DNA from: Squalus acanthias
Taxonomy: Eukaryota
Length of the DNA stretch: 64,000 nt
NCBI GenBank assembly: GCA_030390025.1
Contig: CM059432.1
Span: forward strand, 125,054,001-125,118,000
Direction: 5' to 3'
Shown here: in pieces, positions 50,125-62,383 of the stretch
Layout: every line of letters starts with the position of its first letter
Numbering within the stretch: position 1 is the stretch's first letter
Program-made: the position numbers and the translations under genes
The notes under the pieces: generated by a model
Database searches by the model: none
The model's input: only the letters and a program-made list of their open reading frames with translations
Told to the model about the DNA's origin: nothing

Positions 50125-51980
50125 TCTTTTTACAATAACTGAGACCTGGCTCAAACAAGGGGAGGATTGGGAACTTAATATTGCTGTATTCAGGAAAGAT
50201 AAGGATGGGGGGAAAAAAAAAAGAGTGGCAGTAGTGATCAAAGATACTGTTACAGCATTGGAAAGCAATGATGCACTTGAGGAATCAAAGATAGAATCTA
50301 TTTGGCTAGAATTAAAGAGGAGCTATTAAACTGCTGGGTGTTACCACCAAATAGTGGTGAGGAGATAGAGGAGCAAATTTGCAGTAAAATTGCAGAAAGG
50401 TGCAAGAACTTTAGAGTAGTGATAATGGGGGACTTCAATTATCCTAAGAGAGACTGGGAAAATAGCAGTGTAAAAGAGCAGAGGGGCAGGAATTCCTGAA
50501 ATGTGTACAGGAGAACTTTCTTGATCAGTAGGTTTCCAGCCCACCAAGGAAGGAAGCAGTGCTGGATCTAGTTTTGGGGAATGAAGTGGGGCAAGTGGAG
50601 CATGTTTTAGAGAGCATTTGGGGGCAGCGATCACAATATTATCAGGTTTAGTGTAGTTATGGAAAAGCACAAAGAACAATTAAATGTAAAAATACTCAAC
50701 TGGAGGAGGGCTAATTTCAGTGAGTTGAAAAGGGATCTGGCCCAGGTGGATTGGAATCAAAGATTGGCAGGTACAACAGTAAATGAGCAATGGGAGGCCT
50801 TCAAAGAGGAGATAGCTCAGGTACAGACTAGACAGATATCCACAAGGGGAAGGAAGGGCATCCAAAGCTAGAGCTCCCTGGATGACTAAAATGAGGTTAA
50901 AATGAAACAGAAAGGAGGTTTTTGATAAATGTAGAGAACCAAGCTGAATACAGAAAGTAGAGGACTGTAACAGACAATAAGAGGGGCAAAGAGAGTGTAT
51001 GAGAATAGATCAACAGGTAACACAAGAGAACACAAAAAGTCTTTTATAAACAAGTAGTCAAAGGAAGGGTGGGGCTGATTAGGGACCAAAAGGAGATCTT
51101 GGAAGCAGAGGGCACGCCTGAGGTACTAATGCAGACTTTGCATCTGTCTTCACTAAAAAGGATGCTGTCAATGTCAGTAATGGAGTATAGAAATTGAATA
51201 GGATAAAAATAGATAAAGAGGAGATAGTTAAAAGGTCAGGAGCACTCAAGTAGAAAAGTCACCCGGTCCAGAAGGGTTGCATCCTAGGTTGCTGAGGGAA
51301 GTAAGGGTTGAAATTGTGGAGGCCCTGGCTACAATCTTCCAATCCCCTTCGACATGGGGATGATGCCAGAAAACTGGAGCATTGCCAACATTACACACCT
51401 GCTCAAAAAAAGGGGATAAACCCAGCAACTACAGGCCAGTAAGGCTAATGTCGGTGGTGGGGGAAACTTTGAGAGCCAATAATCCAGGAAAAAGTGAATT
51501 GGCACTTGGAATAATATGAGTTAATAAGTGAAACTTAGCACATATTTGTTAAAGGCAAAGTGTTTGACTAACTTGATTGGAGTTCTATACTGAAGTAACA
51601 GAGGGTAGTGTGGTTGATGTGTACATGGCCTTTCAAAAAAGGGGTTTGACAAAGTACCACATAATAGACTTGCTAGCAAAATTAAAGCCCATGGGACTAA
51701 AGTGGCAGTGGCATGATAGAACGATTGCTCTTTGATATACATTAATGGGCTGCATTTGGGTATTACAGGGCATAATTGCAAAGTTCGCAAATGACAAAAC
51801 ACAGAATAGTAAACCATGAGGAGGATAGCAACAAGACTTCAGGAGGACATTGAAATGGGGAGACACATGGCAGATGACATTTAATACAGAAAAGTGTGAA
51901 GTGATGTATTTTGGTAGGAAGAATGAGAGGTGAGGCAATATAAACTTAAAAGTACAATTTTAAAAAGGGGATGCAGGAAC

Positions 51981-53850
51981 ACAAACTAGCAAAAAATATA
52001 ATAACGGATTGTAAAAGCTTCTATAGGTATGTGAAAAGGAAAAGACTGGCAAAGGTAAATGTAGGTCCTTTACAGTCAGAGACAGGAGAATTTATAATGG
52101 GGAAATGAGGAAATGGCAGAGAAATTAAATAAATACTTGGTTTCTGTCTTCACGGAGGAAGACACAAAAAACCTCCCAGAAATACGAGAAAACCAAGGGT
52201 GTGGCGAGAATGAGGAACTTAAAGAAATTAGTAAAAAAAACAGTACTAGCAAAATTAATGGGACTAAAAGTCGATAAATTCCAAGGACCGGATGACCGTG
52301 ATCCTCGGGTTTTGAAAGAGGTGGCCATTGGGATAGTGGGCACATTGGTTGTCATCTTCCAAAATTCTATAGATTCTGGAACAGTTCCTGCAGATTGGAG
52401 GATAGCAAATGTAACCCTGCTATTTAAGAAAGGAGGGAGAGAGAAAACAGGGAACTATAGACCTGTTAGCCTCATCAGTAGTTGGGAAAATGCTGGAATC
52501 TATTATAAAGGATGCAATAACTGGGCACTTAGAAACTAATAGCAAGATTGGGCAGAGTTGACATGGATTTATGAAAGGGAAATTCTGTTTAATAAACCTA
52601 TTGGAGTTCTTTGAGGATGTAACTAGTGGAGTAGACAAAGGGGAACCGGTAGATGCGGTGTATCTGGATTGTCAGAAGGCCTTCGATAAGGTCCCACACA
52701 AGAGGTTGGTGAACAAAATTAGGGCACATGGAATTGGGGGTAATATACTAGCATGGATTGAGAATTGGTTAACAGACAGAAAACAAAGAGTAGGGATAAA
52801 CGGGTCTTTTTCAGGATGGCAGGCTGTGACTAGTGGGGCCACCGCAAGGATCGGTGCTTGGGCCCCAGCTATTCACAATCTATATCAATGATTTGGATGA
52901 GGGGACTAAACATAACATTTCCAAATTTGCTGATGATACAAAGCTAGGTGGCAGTGTCAGTTGTGAAGAGGATGTGAAGAGGCTTCAAGGGGATCTCGAC
53001 AGGCTCAGTGAGTGGGCGAGAACATGGCAGATGGAATATAATGTGGATAAATGTGAAGTTATCCACTTTGGTAGAAAAAACAGAAATGCAGAGTATTTCC
53101 TAAATGGTGAAAGATTGGGGAATGCAGATGCTCAAAGGGACCTGGGTGTCCTTGTACATGAGTCACTGAAAGTGAATGTGCAGGTGCAGCAAGCCATTAG
53201 GAAGGCAAATTGTATGCTGGCCTTCATTACAAGAGGATTTGAGTACAGGAGTAAAGAAGTCTTACTCCAATTATATGGGGCCTTGGTGAGACCACACCTG
53301 GAGTACTGGGTACAATTTTGGTCTCCTTACCCAAGGAAGGATATACTTGCCATAGAGGGAGTGCAACAAAGGTTCACGAGATTGATTCCTGGGATGGCGG
53401 GACTGTCGTATGAGAAGAGATTGAGTAAACTAGGCCTGTATTCTCTTGAATTCAGAAGAATGAGGGGATCTCATTGAAGCATACAAAATTATTATAGGGT
53501 TCGATAGGGTGGATGCTGGGAGAATGTTTCCCTTGGCTGGGGAGTCTAGAACCAGGGGCCACAGCCTCAGGATAAAGGGTAGGCCATTCAGGACTGAGAT
53601 GAGAAGAAATTTATTCACACACAGGGTGGTGAATCTTTGGAATTCTCTACCCCAGAGCGCTGTGGAGGCTCAGTAAATGGGTATATTCAAAACAGAAGTC
53701 GATAGATTTCTGACTAGTAAAGGCATCAAGGGATATGGCGATAGGGCCGGTGAATGGAGTTGAGGCAGAAGTTCAGCCATGATCTCATTGAATGGCGGAG
53801 CAGGCTCAAAGGGCCGAATGGCCTACTCCTGCTTCTATTTCTTATGTTCT
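51981..53850 (+). mobile_element. 5'-truncated CR1 RT copy, frameshifted
   Basis: ORFs 52201-53477 carry RT motifs. 3' end reads ggcctactcctgcttctatttcttatgttctt. Confidence 0.92.
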
Positions 53851-56800
53851 TAGAGACACCTCGGGATGTATGGACACAAATGATGGCAGGACAAGGTGAG
53901 AAGGCTGTTAAAGAGCCATATGGGATCCTTGGCTTTATAAGTAGAGGCAGAGTACTAAAGCAAGGAATTTATGCTAAATCTTTATAACACACTAGTTAGG
54001 CCTCAGCTGGAGTATGGTGTCCAATTCTAGGCACCATACTTTAGGAAGGATGTCAAAGCCTTGAAGAGGGTTCAGAGGAGATTTACTAGAATGGTACCAG
54101 GACTTCAGTTATGAGGAGAGACTGGGTTTGCTCTCCTTAGGAGCAGAGAAGGTTAAGGGGAGATTTGACAGGTATGTATGTATATTTCACCACTAGAACC
54201 ACTTTTTAATGACTCAATCACATGATTACATTGAGACTTCAGGATTTCATATTTCTGGAATCATTCTCTGAAAACCAAATGGCTTCCTTTTTTGCTGTAT
54301 CATTCTATGATGTTGCAGCTTAATATTGAACAATTAAACATGACTACAGATGCAGAGTTACTGTTTAAAACAAGATACTGAAGCAAAAACAAACTAGTCA
54401 TATTACAATTATCAAAACCGAGTTTACAAATTAAAAAACAGGTGAACAGTCAGAGAAACACACATCGACCTACCGTAGACAGAATAGTCAAACACTACAA
54501 GGGCCACAGTGACTAACTTTTTTCTCTTAATTCATGGTCACTGTGTCACTTATGGTTTGTTTGGCATTACAACACCCCTACTGCCAACAATGATGAGAAT
54601 CACTAGGAACAGCTCTCTGAATGGTGGTAGTATTTGTAACCAGACATGCAACAAACCAAGTCATCTCCAACATTCCAACACCCTCCTATGCACCTTCCTA
54701 TATAAGCTGCAACACATCCAAAACTTTAGACCTGCGTCTCATTCGACCAAGTCCCACATCACCCATCATCTCTTCCCCATTGGGGTTGTTCAACAGATTG
54801 CAAAATCCACATTTAAATATTTCAATGGCTTCACCTCATCTACCACAGTAACCTCTTCCAGTCTCAAGTCCTAGCTACAGTACATCTACATTCAACACTA
54901 ATGTAAATTTTTTTGCTCACACACACACACAATACCTTCATCCTCCACAACTAAATTCCCTCTCCAATTATTGAGCAATCCGAGCCTTTCAACTATTTTT
55001 TGCATTTCATATGCTTAGGAGGAAATAAGGACTTTTATACAATTGCTAGCCCCATCCCCCACCATGTTATTTTGGCCCTTTTCATCTCTCCCCTAAATTT
55101 TCTACATGCTTTATTACTTTTATTACTATTGTTAGGCCTGGTTTTATCATACACTTCCGTTTCAAGTTTGTTTAGTTTAATCTATTACCATGGAACTATC
55201 ACTTTATAGGAATAAATTAATTTTGTATTCTTGGCATCTCATACATGGTGGTGTGCTTGGTAACTTTTCTGAACAGTTAATTCTGGCCATATCCCTTCAT
55301 ATTGAAAAAAAACTTGCCCTTTTCTGGTCCAGCACCCTTATCTTTGACTCATCCATTATTCTTTTCTAATTCTACACTGAACCAATTATGCTGCAGTTCA
55401 TGGCTACCCTCCAAATCTCATCTGTGTATAACCATGGCTGTATCTCTCATTACTTACCCCCCCCCACCGTGGTGCAAAACCCATATAGTAAATTTAAAAA
55501 GTATTACCAGCAAATCAGTGGGGGCCCTTGTAAATGCATATTACATTAAAACACAAGACACAGGACTAGCTAAAAGGGAAGCACCCATTGTTCAATGTAT
55601 TTCCCAATTTTAGGAAAAGGTTTTTACTGCCACCACAGGGACCCTGAAATAGGGTCTCCCTTGATGCTACACAGCTCCAATGACAAGTTGTAGGGAACAT
55701 ACCCACACATCCCAGGAGGAGCTCCTTTGCCAACAGCAGTGGAACAAGACTTCAGAGGAGTCAAAGCTATTGTAAATCTGCCCAACCCTAGAAATCCATG
55801 CTGCAGAGGGTGCAAGATTTGCATTCCCAGCCTATACCATGGTATCCCAGAGACAGGGCATCCTTGGAGCAAGCCTCAGGCTGGTTTGAACACACACCTC
55901 TTGCTAGCTCCAAGAGAGCTGCTTTGGGATGCTCCATGTAATGGTGACATCATTGGAATAGTTTAGCAGGCAGCAAACCCCTACTCAAGGGTCTTCAAGA
56001 CAAGAAAATTGACTTAATAAAAAAAAAACATTTTCTTTTATGAACATAAAGTACTTCCTAGATTTCCCTTTATGCATGTAGCTGTGCTCCAAGGGAATGC
56101 TGCCATCTGGTGATAATTTATCCTTACAAGGTAGAATAACTTTTGCTCCCAACTCTTCCTCTTCTAAAAGACAGTGACATGTTGGCATAGTTTACAGGCA
56201 CTGGTACCCCTTCAAATATGCCACTATCACTCACCTTCCAAGCACACATGCACAATAGCCAACTGGGCAAGATCATGGGGACTGCCAGTTAAAAATGAAA
56301 CCCAACATGTCCAGTTGCAGAGCTGATAAGCATCTAGTCAGATTTCATAGAATCAAAAGCAAGTGCAGTGTATAGATATAAAAAAACCTCAAATCTTTTA
56401 TTCCCCTGGAAGAATGCAATACTTTTACCCAAAGTCATGGAAGGTTACATAGTCCCATGTAAAAAAGATACCAAGTACCAGCCCACGAATCATTCAACTG
56501 AAGACATGATATGCAAAAGGAGCTCTACCTCGGATCCAAAAAAAGGGTGTGGAAAGACTTGGAATGGCAATCCAAAGGAGAAATTCTGGAAATATATTAT
56601 CCAAATAAAAGGAGATTTTTATAAACCAAAAAAAAGTTACCAAAACATATGGAGTGGTATGATCTAGGTGAAGCCAAGCATTCTACAGTGGAATCACTAA
56701 ATGTTGAAGCTAAAGAGACCTTGGGAAAGTCAGTAAAATTGAATCTTCTAAATATTTCAAAATAGGGATCATTCAACAAAAATTTGCCCTAAACTCTGTG

Positions 56801-57749
56801 CATTTATGTTACTAAGAAAGTACTACAGGCTGCTTTTTGTAGTCAACAGCTACATTATCCATACTAAAATAAAAACAGCCACAATGTATTAATTGCCAAA
56901 ATGACATAGTCCAAAGCAAGTGTGGTGCTTGGGTCAGGATGCACATGTTTCTTTTTGAATTGGGTCAGGTAGACATTTGACATACAGAAATCCCATCATA
57001 TTGAAGAGCCTTAATATCAAGCGACAAAGAAATCTACAGCTGTAGAATTTTTGCTTGCCTGATACAGGGTGCAAGGTCTCTCCCATAGGGATGCACCCCA
57101 CTTACTAAGTCCAGAGACCTTTGGTGCAAGTTAGCAAATCCAAGGTTAGACCACTTCCTCCTATTCTGTTGTCTAATCAACCCTTAAAATTATAATGTAA
57201 ACTTAATTGTATTTTTTAAGTTTGGACATGCAATCCTAAATTTAGATGTGAATCTAGAATATTCTGATAGTATTGGACATGCCCAACAAAACCCTACAAG
57301 ACCAGGCTGATGGGTAATCTGTAACAGCAGAAAAAGTCCCAGCCCCCAGTGACAGGTCTCCCCTCCACATTTCATTAGAGAGATAGACTGCCAATCACCA
57401 CAATACATTGGAGTAGTGCAAGTCTGCCTGGTTCAGGTATCAGATTGTCAAGTATGTTAGAGGGTTGACTTGGTTATACATTTCTATTACCAAATGAGTC
57501 ACCTTGGAACTCCTTCTACCTCTACCTTCTCCAAGATGATAGTCAGTCAGTCATTCTTTCTGGAGTGATGAGCTAACTTACCTTCATCTATATCAGCCTT
57601 GTGAATCAAGTCAAAAGAAATTACCATGGGAGGTTTTTTAAAAATATATTTTTAAACCCTTTTTTAAAAAAATTGACAGCAAAGTTACAACATGGAAATA
57701 GACCAGCCAGTCCATGTCAGCGTTTACCATCCACACAAGCAGACCCACA

Positions 57750-58057
57750 AATTGAAAACTCTGCTGCGCATATCCTAAACTCCACCAAGTCCCGTTCACC
57801 CATCACTCGATCTACATTGGCTACCAGTTCACCTGGGCCCTAAACTCTGGAATTCCCTCCCTAAACCGCTCTGCCTCTGTCCCTCTCTCCTCCCTTAAGA
57901 CACTCCTTAAAACCTACCTCTTTGACCAAGCTTTTGGTCATCTGCCCTAATTTCTCCTTATGTGGTTTGGTGTCAAATTTTGTTTGATAACACTCCTATG
58001 AAGCACCTTGGGATATTTTACTATGTTAAAGGCGCTATATAAATGCAAGTTGTTGTT
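57750..58057 (+). mobile_element. L2-type LINE 3' end
   Basis: Reads aaaacctacctctttgaccaagcttttgg...ggcgctatataaatgcaagttgttgtt. The tail is shared with the Deu-SINE. Confidence 0.7.
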
Positions 58058-58779
58058 CCCATATGCCTTCATTCACCTATCCCCCATATCCCTTCATTCA
58101 ATCTTGAATGTTTCTGCCTCAACCAGTAACCTTGGAAATGAATTCCACAGCCTCACAACAGAACAGAAAATCCCAAGAGGGGTTTAATTAACAAATGCAA
58201 AACCCATTTAAATTATGTTACGTTCCACTGTCAGGCTCAGTAAACACTGAAGCTTTACAATTCTGAGTGAGTTTTAAATGGAGCCTCATGGCTAGGGTCA
58301 TAGTAAGTAACAGAACCTATTAAGAATTATTTTGGTGTATCGGAACTACTACTTTAACCAGTTTTTTTCCTTTGCAAAGAACTAAAGTACCAGGCTCAAA
58401 CTTGGTTTTCGCCAAGGTCACGCAATGTTTTCCTTACAACCAAGATGTGCGCGCACAAAAGTAGAACCCACTGCACATAAACTGCACAGTGGTGGAGTTC
58501 ACAGCTACTCCCCCACCTCCTACTTGCAAGAGAAAAAGGTTAATCAAGAATGGCTACCACTTTTTTTTTTAAAAGGTGCTGCTGTCTTCCCCTAGAGTCC
58601 AACCATTTCGCCACCCAATGGGTCGAGGGAGGTATTAATTATTTCCCACTCACTCAGTATTGAAATTAAGATTTTTAAAAGAAACGTGGAAAAAAACCAA
58701 TAAGAAAGTGTGTGGGCCCAGTGCTGCAGGTACAGCTGGGAGGAGGGGGGAGAGGCAGCAGTGGGTGTGTGTGTGACAG

Positions 58780-59320
58780 ACAGGCCAGTGGAAGGGAACC
58801 CGGTGTTGTCAGGGGGGACGAGATGAAGCCTCTCGCCCCTTTAAACCATGAAGCGGAGATACTTACACAGCTGATGCAGGAGTAACGTGCGGCAACTTCC
58901 TGGCCACTCGTTTTAAAAATACATAAAACCCCTGCGGTTAACCCGCTCCTACATTTTCTCTCTCTCTCTCTGTGACCGGCTTGACTTGTCCTCTATTACC
59001 GCCGCTGACAACACACTCCGCGTTCGAATTTCGTATCCAAACCCCTTATTTGTCAGTCAGCGCAGCCAATCAGCAAGCGCCTTACTCTCCTCCCTCCCCG
59101 AAGATTGCCGAGCGAGCCTCACGTCGCTTGTCGGAGGAGGTACGTCGTGTCACGTCGCTCGGCGGCTGCCGCTGGAGGCTCGCAGACTGGCACCGAAATA
59201 ACGAGCAACAGACAGCAGGCGGTGAGCAGCTCCTGGCACTCTCCTCGGGTTACGGCCCGGCTGCTGGTGGTTAGGCCACAGGCGTTGTGTGCTCTGTGTG
59301 TTTTTGGTCGCATGCGATGC
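58780..59320. promoter_or_regulatory. CpG island, probable bidirectional promoter with divergent non-coding first exons
   Basis: CCAAT box GCCAATCAG at about 59065 and repeated TCACGTCG. Minus-strand donor TGT|GTAAGT at 58867/58866 and plus-strand donor GCG|GTGAGC at 59221/59222. Confidence 0.65.
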
Positions 59321-59341
59321 AATGTAATGAGGCTGAGATTA

Positions 59342-59573
59342 GATTGTTGTTTTAAATCTACAAAGTTTGTGTGAGATTGTTTAAGGGTATTTGTACTGTA
59401 AACTTTGTTGATTATTTGAAAATTTCATCATTGCATTTATATTGTTAATCATAAAGCTGTTTTTAAGGCTTTATTGTTTATTGTGATCAATGAATGTAAT
59501 GGTTTACTATGTAACTGATGAGTTGTATAAGTACTAATGTACTTGAATAATAAAAAGATTCAGCTCAAAAAAA
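59342..59573 (+). mobile_element. Poly(A)-tailed retroposed fragment with 16-bp TSD
   Basis: TSD AATGAGGCTGAGATTA (59326-59341, 59574-59589). AATAAA at 59549-59554, then an A-tract. Confidence 0.85.
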
Positions 59574-59639
59574 AATGAGGCTGAGATTAAAGACTTCTTC
59601 AGCTGGTGGTGGAGGGGAGCTTTGTCACCTGCAGTTCAG

Positions 59640-60850
59640 TGAAGTCATAACGGCACATAAGGCCATTCGGCCCATCGAGTCCGTGCCGGCTCTCTGTAGA
59701 GCAATCCAGTCAGTCCCATTCCCCCACTCTATCCCCGTAGCCCTGCAAGTTTATTTCCCTCAAGTGCCTATCCAGTCTCCCCTTGAAAACATTGAGTGTC
59801 TTCGCCTCCACCACTTCTGTCAGCAGCGAGTTCCAAGTCCTCACCAGTTGCTGCGTAAAAAAGTTTTTCTTCACATCCCCCCTGTATCTCTTGCCCAAAA
59901 CCTTAATTCTGTAGTCCTTGTACCATCAACTAGTGGGAACAGCCTTTCACTGTCTAGCCTATCCAAACCCGTCATAATCTTGTACACCGCTATCAAATCA
60001 CCTCTCAACCTCCTTTGCTCTAACAAAAACAAATCCAGCTTCTCCAACCTGTCCTTGTAGCTAAGATCCCCCATCCACTGAACCATTCTGGTAGATCTCC
60101 TCTGTGCCTCTCAAGGGCCTTCACATCCTTCCTAAAGTGTGGTGAGCAGAACTGGACGCAATACTCGCAATAGGTCTTCGACCTGAAACGTTAACTCTGT
60201 TTCGCTCTCCACGGATGCTGCCTGGCCTGCTGAGTTTTTCCAGCGTTTTCTGTTGTTATTTTGGATTTCCAGCATCCGCAGTATTTTGCTATCGCGATAC
60301 TCCAGTTGTGGCCTTGCCAGCGCTTTATAAAGGTTCAGCATAACTTCTGTACTTTTGTACTCAATATCTCTATTTATGAAGCCCAAGATCCCATATGCTT
60401 TGCTAACCACTCTTTCAATATGTCCTGCCACCTTCAGGGACCTATGCACATTAACTCCCAGGTCCCTCTGTCCCTGCACACTCTTTAAAACTGTGCCATT
60501 AAGTGTATATTGCCTCTCCCTGTTCCTTCTGTCAAAATGCACCACCTCACACTTCTCTGTATTAAATTCCATCTGCCACTTGTCTGCCCATTCTGCTAGC
60601 CTTTCTATGTCCTGTTGCAGTCGATTAGTGTCATCTTCACTGTTCGCCACACCCCCAAGTTTGGTGTCATCGGCACATTTAGAAATTCTACTCTGTATTC
60701 TAATATCCAGGTCATTTATATATATCAAAAAAAGCAGTGGCCCCAGCACTGACCCTTGGGGAACACCACTGTCTACCATCCTCCAGTCTGAAAAACAGCC
60801 ATTTACCACAACTCGCTGTTTTCTATCCTTAAGCCAATTCCTTATCCAAG
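59640..60850 (-). mobile_element. CR1 RT 3' portion containing a family-A hammerhead element
   Basis: ORF 60132-60809 has GVPQGSVLGP and CADD. ORFs 59710-60086 encode the C-terminal part. Confidence 0.9.
60172..60294 (+). mobile_element. Family-A Penelope-like mini-insertion (starts in hammerhead stem II)
   Basis: Reads aggtcttcgacctgaaacgttaac...gcagtattttgctatcg, near-identical to 13985-14107. Imperfect TSD gc(a/g)atactc. Confidence 0.85.
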
Positions 60851-60865
60851 TTCATTTACTTTGTG

Positions 60866-61812
60866 TCAGCCAGTGGCTCAGTTGGTAGCACCCTTGCCTC
60901 TGAGTCAAGAAGATTGTGGGCTCAATTACCCACTCCATAGACCTGAGCACAAAAATCTAGGCTGACACTCCAGTGGAGTGCTGCATTGTCAGAGGTGCCG
61001 TCTTTCAGATGAGATGTTAAACGCACCCTTTTTATAATACAAAGATCATACCCGTGACAATTGATTGACGCAAACCCCTTTGATTGTACCATCTTAATCT
61101 TGACTGTTTCTGCAAATCTATAGAGTGCTTAATTTGATCACTTCCCCATCCTGGGTCAGTGAATAGTCCATCATCACACAAGGAAATGTCCTCATTCTGT
61201 TCGATGTTCAACCATTATCACACAAAGGTGTTTCGATGGGGAAAATTTCCGGGCTTATCAGCATTCTGGAAGGTTGGCGAATGGGTTTTACTCCAGCAAC
61301 AATTTTGATATTAACATCTCCAAAGTATGAGGTAACCGATCCAGACTCGGTGGAGCCATGGTCGCTACCTGTCGTGTTGATTTGTAAGTCTTGTTAACAG
61401 CCTGACCACAGGAGTTCAATGGACAGGACAGTCAATTAAATTTAAACAAACACATGTCATTGTGCGTTCTGATTACTCCAGCTACTTCCTTGGTTAGCAT
61501 ATTCATAAAGTCAATCAATCGTGTCTGTGTCTCTGCATGAATAATTTCCTCCTGCATTCCGTTCGGCTCACAGCTTTTTAAAAGTTCATTTAAAAGTCCC
61601 GTTGGCTCCTCGAGGCATGCTGCAATACGAAGCTTGGTCAAGTTCTTATGATTAGTCAATTTACAAAACTGCTTTTACAGTACAGCCGCTTAACCCTTCA
61701 ATGTCGGTTTACTTTAAGTTAAGTGCGTTCTTGCTGCAGGACTGGCTATAGCTGTAAAGCACTTTGGGACTTCCTGAGGTCGTGAAAGGCGCTATAGAAA
61801 TGCAAGTCTTTT
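60866..61812 (+). mobile_element. Deu-SINE head (60866-61022) and tail (61751-61812) bracketing an unidentified insert
   Basis: Both ends align to 61915-62383. The SINE middle is absent. Confidence 0.7.
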
Positions 61813-61914
61813 ATATCAGTTGCTTGTCAAATGACCCAGATACAGTTCAAAATGGTTTTTTTAATTGGGTAGATGTGCTTTTTAGTGGCTTGGAATTATT
61901 ATCTGTTTTCATTT

Positions 61915-62383
61915 GTCAGCTGTGGCTCAGTGGGTAGCACACTTGCCTCTTGAGTTAGAAGGTTGTGAGTTCAAGTCCCACTCCAGGGACTTGAGCACAT
62001 AAAGCTAGGCTGACACTCCAGTGCAGTACTGAGGGAGTGCTGCACTGTCGGAGGTGCCGTCTTTCGGATGAGATGTTAAACCGAGGCCCCGTCTGCTCTC
62101 TCAGGTGGACGTAAAAGATCCCAAGGCACTATTTTGAAGAAAAGCAGGGGAGTTATCCCTGGTGTCCTGGCCAATATTTATCCCTCAACCAACATAATAA
62201 AAACAGATTATCTGGTCATTATCACATTGCTGTTTGTGGGAGCTTGCTGTGCGCAAATTGGCTGCTGCGTTTCCCACATTACAACAGTGACTACACTCCA
62301 AAAGTACTTCATTGGCTGTAAAGCGCTTTGAGACATCCGGTGGTCATGAAAGGCGCTATATAAATGCAAGTCTTTCTTTCTTT
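61915..62383 (+). mobile_element. Full-length tRNA-derived Deu-SINE (SacSINE1-like)
   Basis: A box tggctcagtggg, B box gagttcaagtcc, Deu-domain-like gatgagatgttaaaccgaggcccc, and L2-like tail ending (tctt)n. Confidence 0.85.

Larger units (their letters stand above)
47290..54170 (+). mobile_element. Older CR1 (ORF1 esterase 47290-48310, ORF2 50125-51980 and 53851-54170) hosting two younger CR1 insertions
   Basis: Decayed CCLPGAR, VVVHVGTND, GDFNYP and LHPRLLRE motifs. The sequence resumes collinearly after each insert. Confidence 0.75.

Noticed and set aside
57190-57408. ORF beginning MYCGD, superficially like POLR2K PMIYICGE
   Set aside because: There is no further similarity, and it is on the wrong strand for the expected gene.
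57576-57600. Possible 16-nt minus-strand micro-exon with GAAG|GTAAGT donor
   Set aside because: Weak AAG acceptor and no independent support. Such donors occur by chance.
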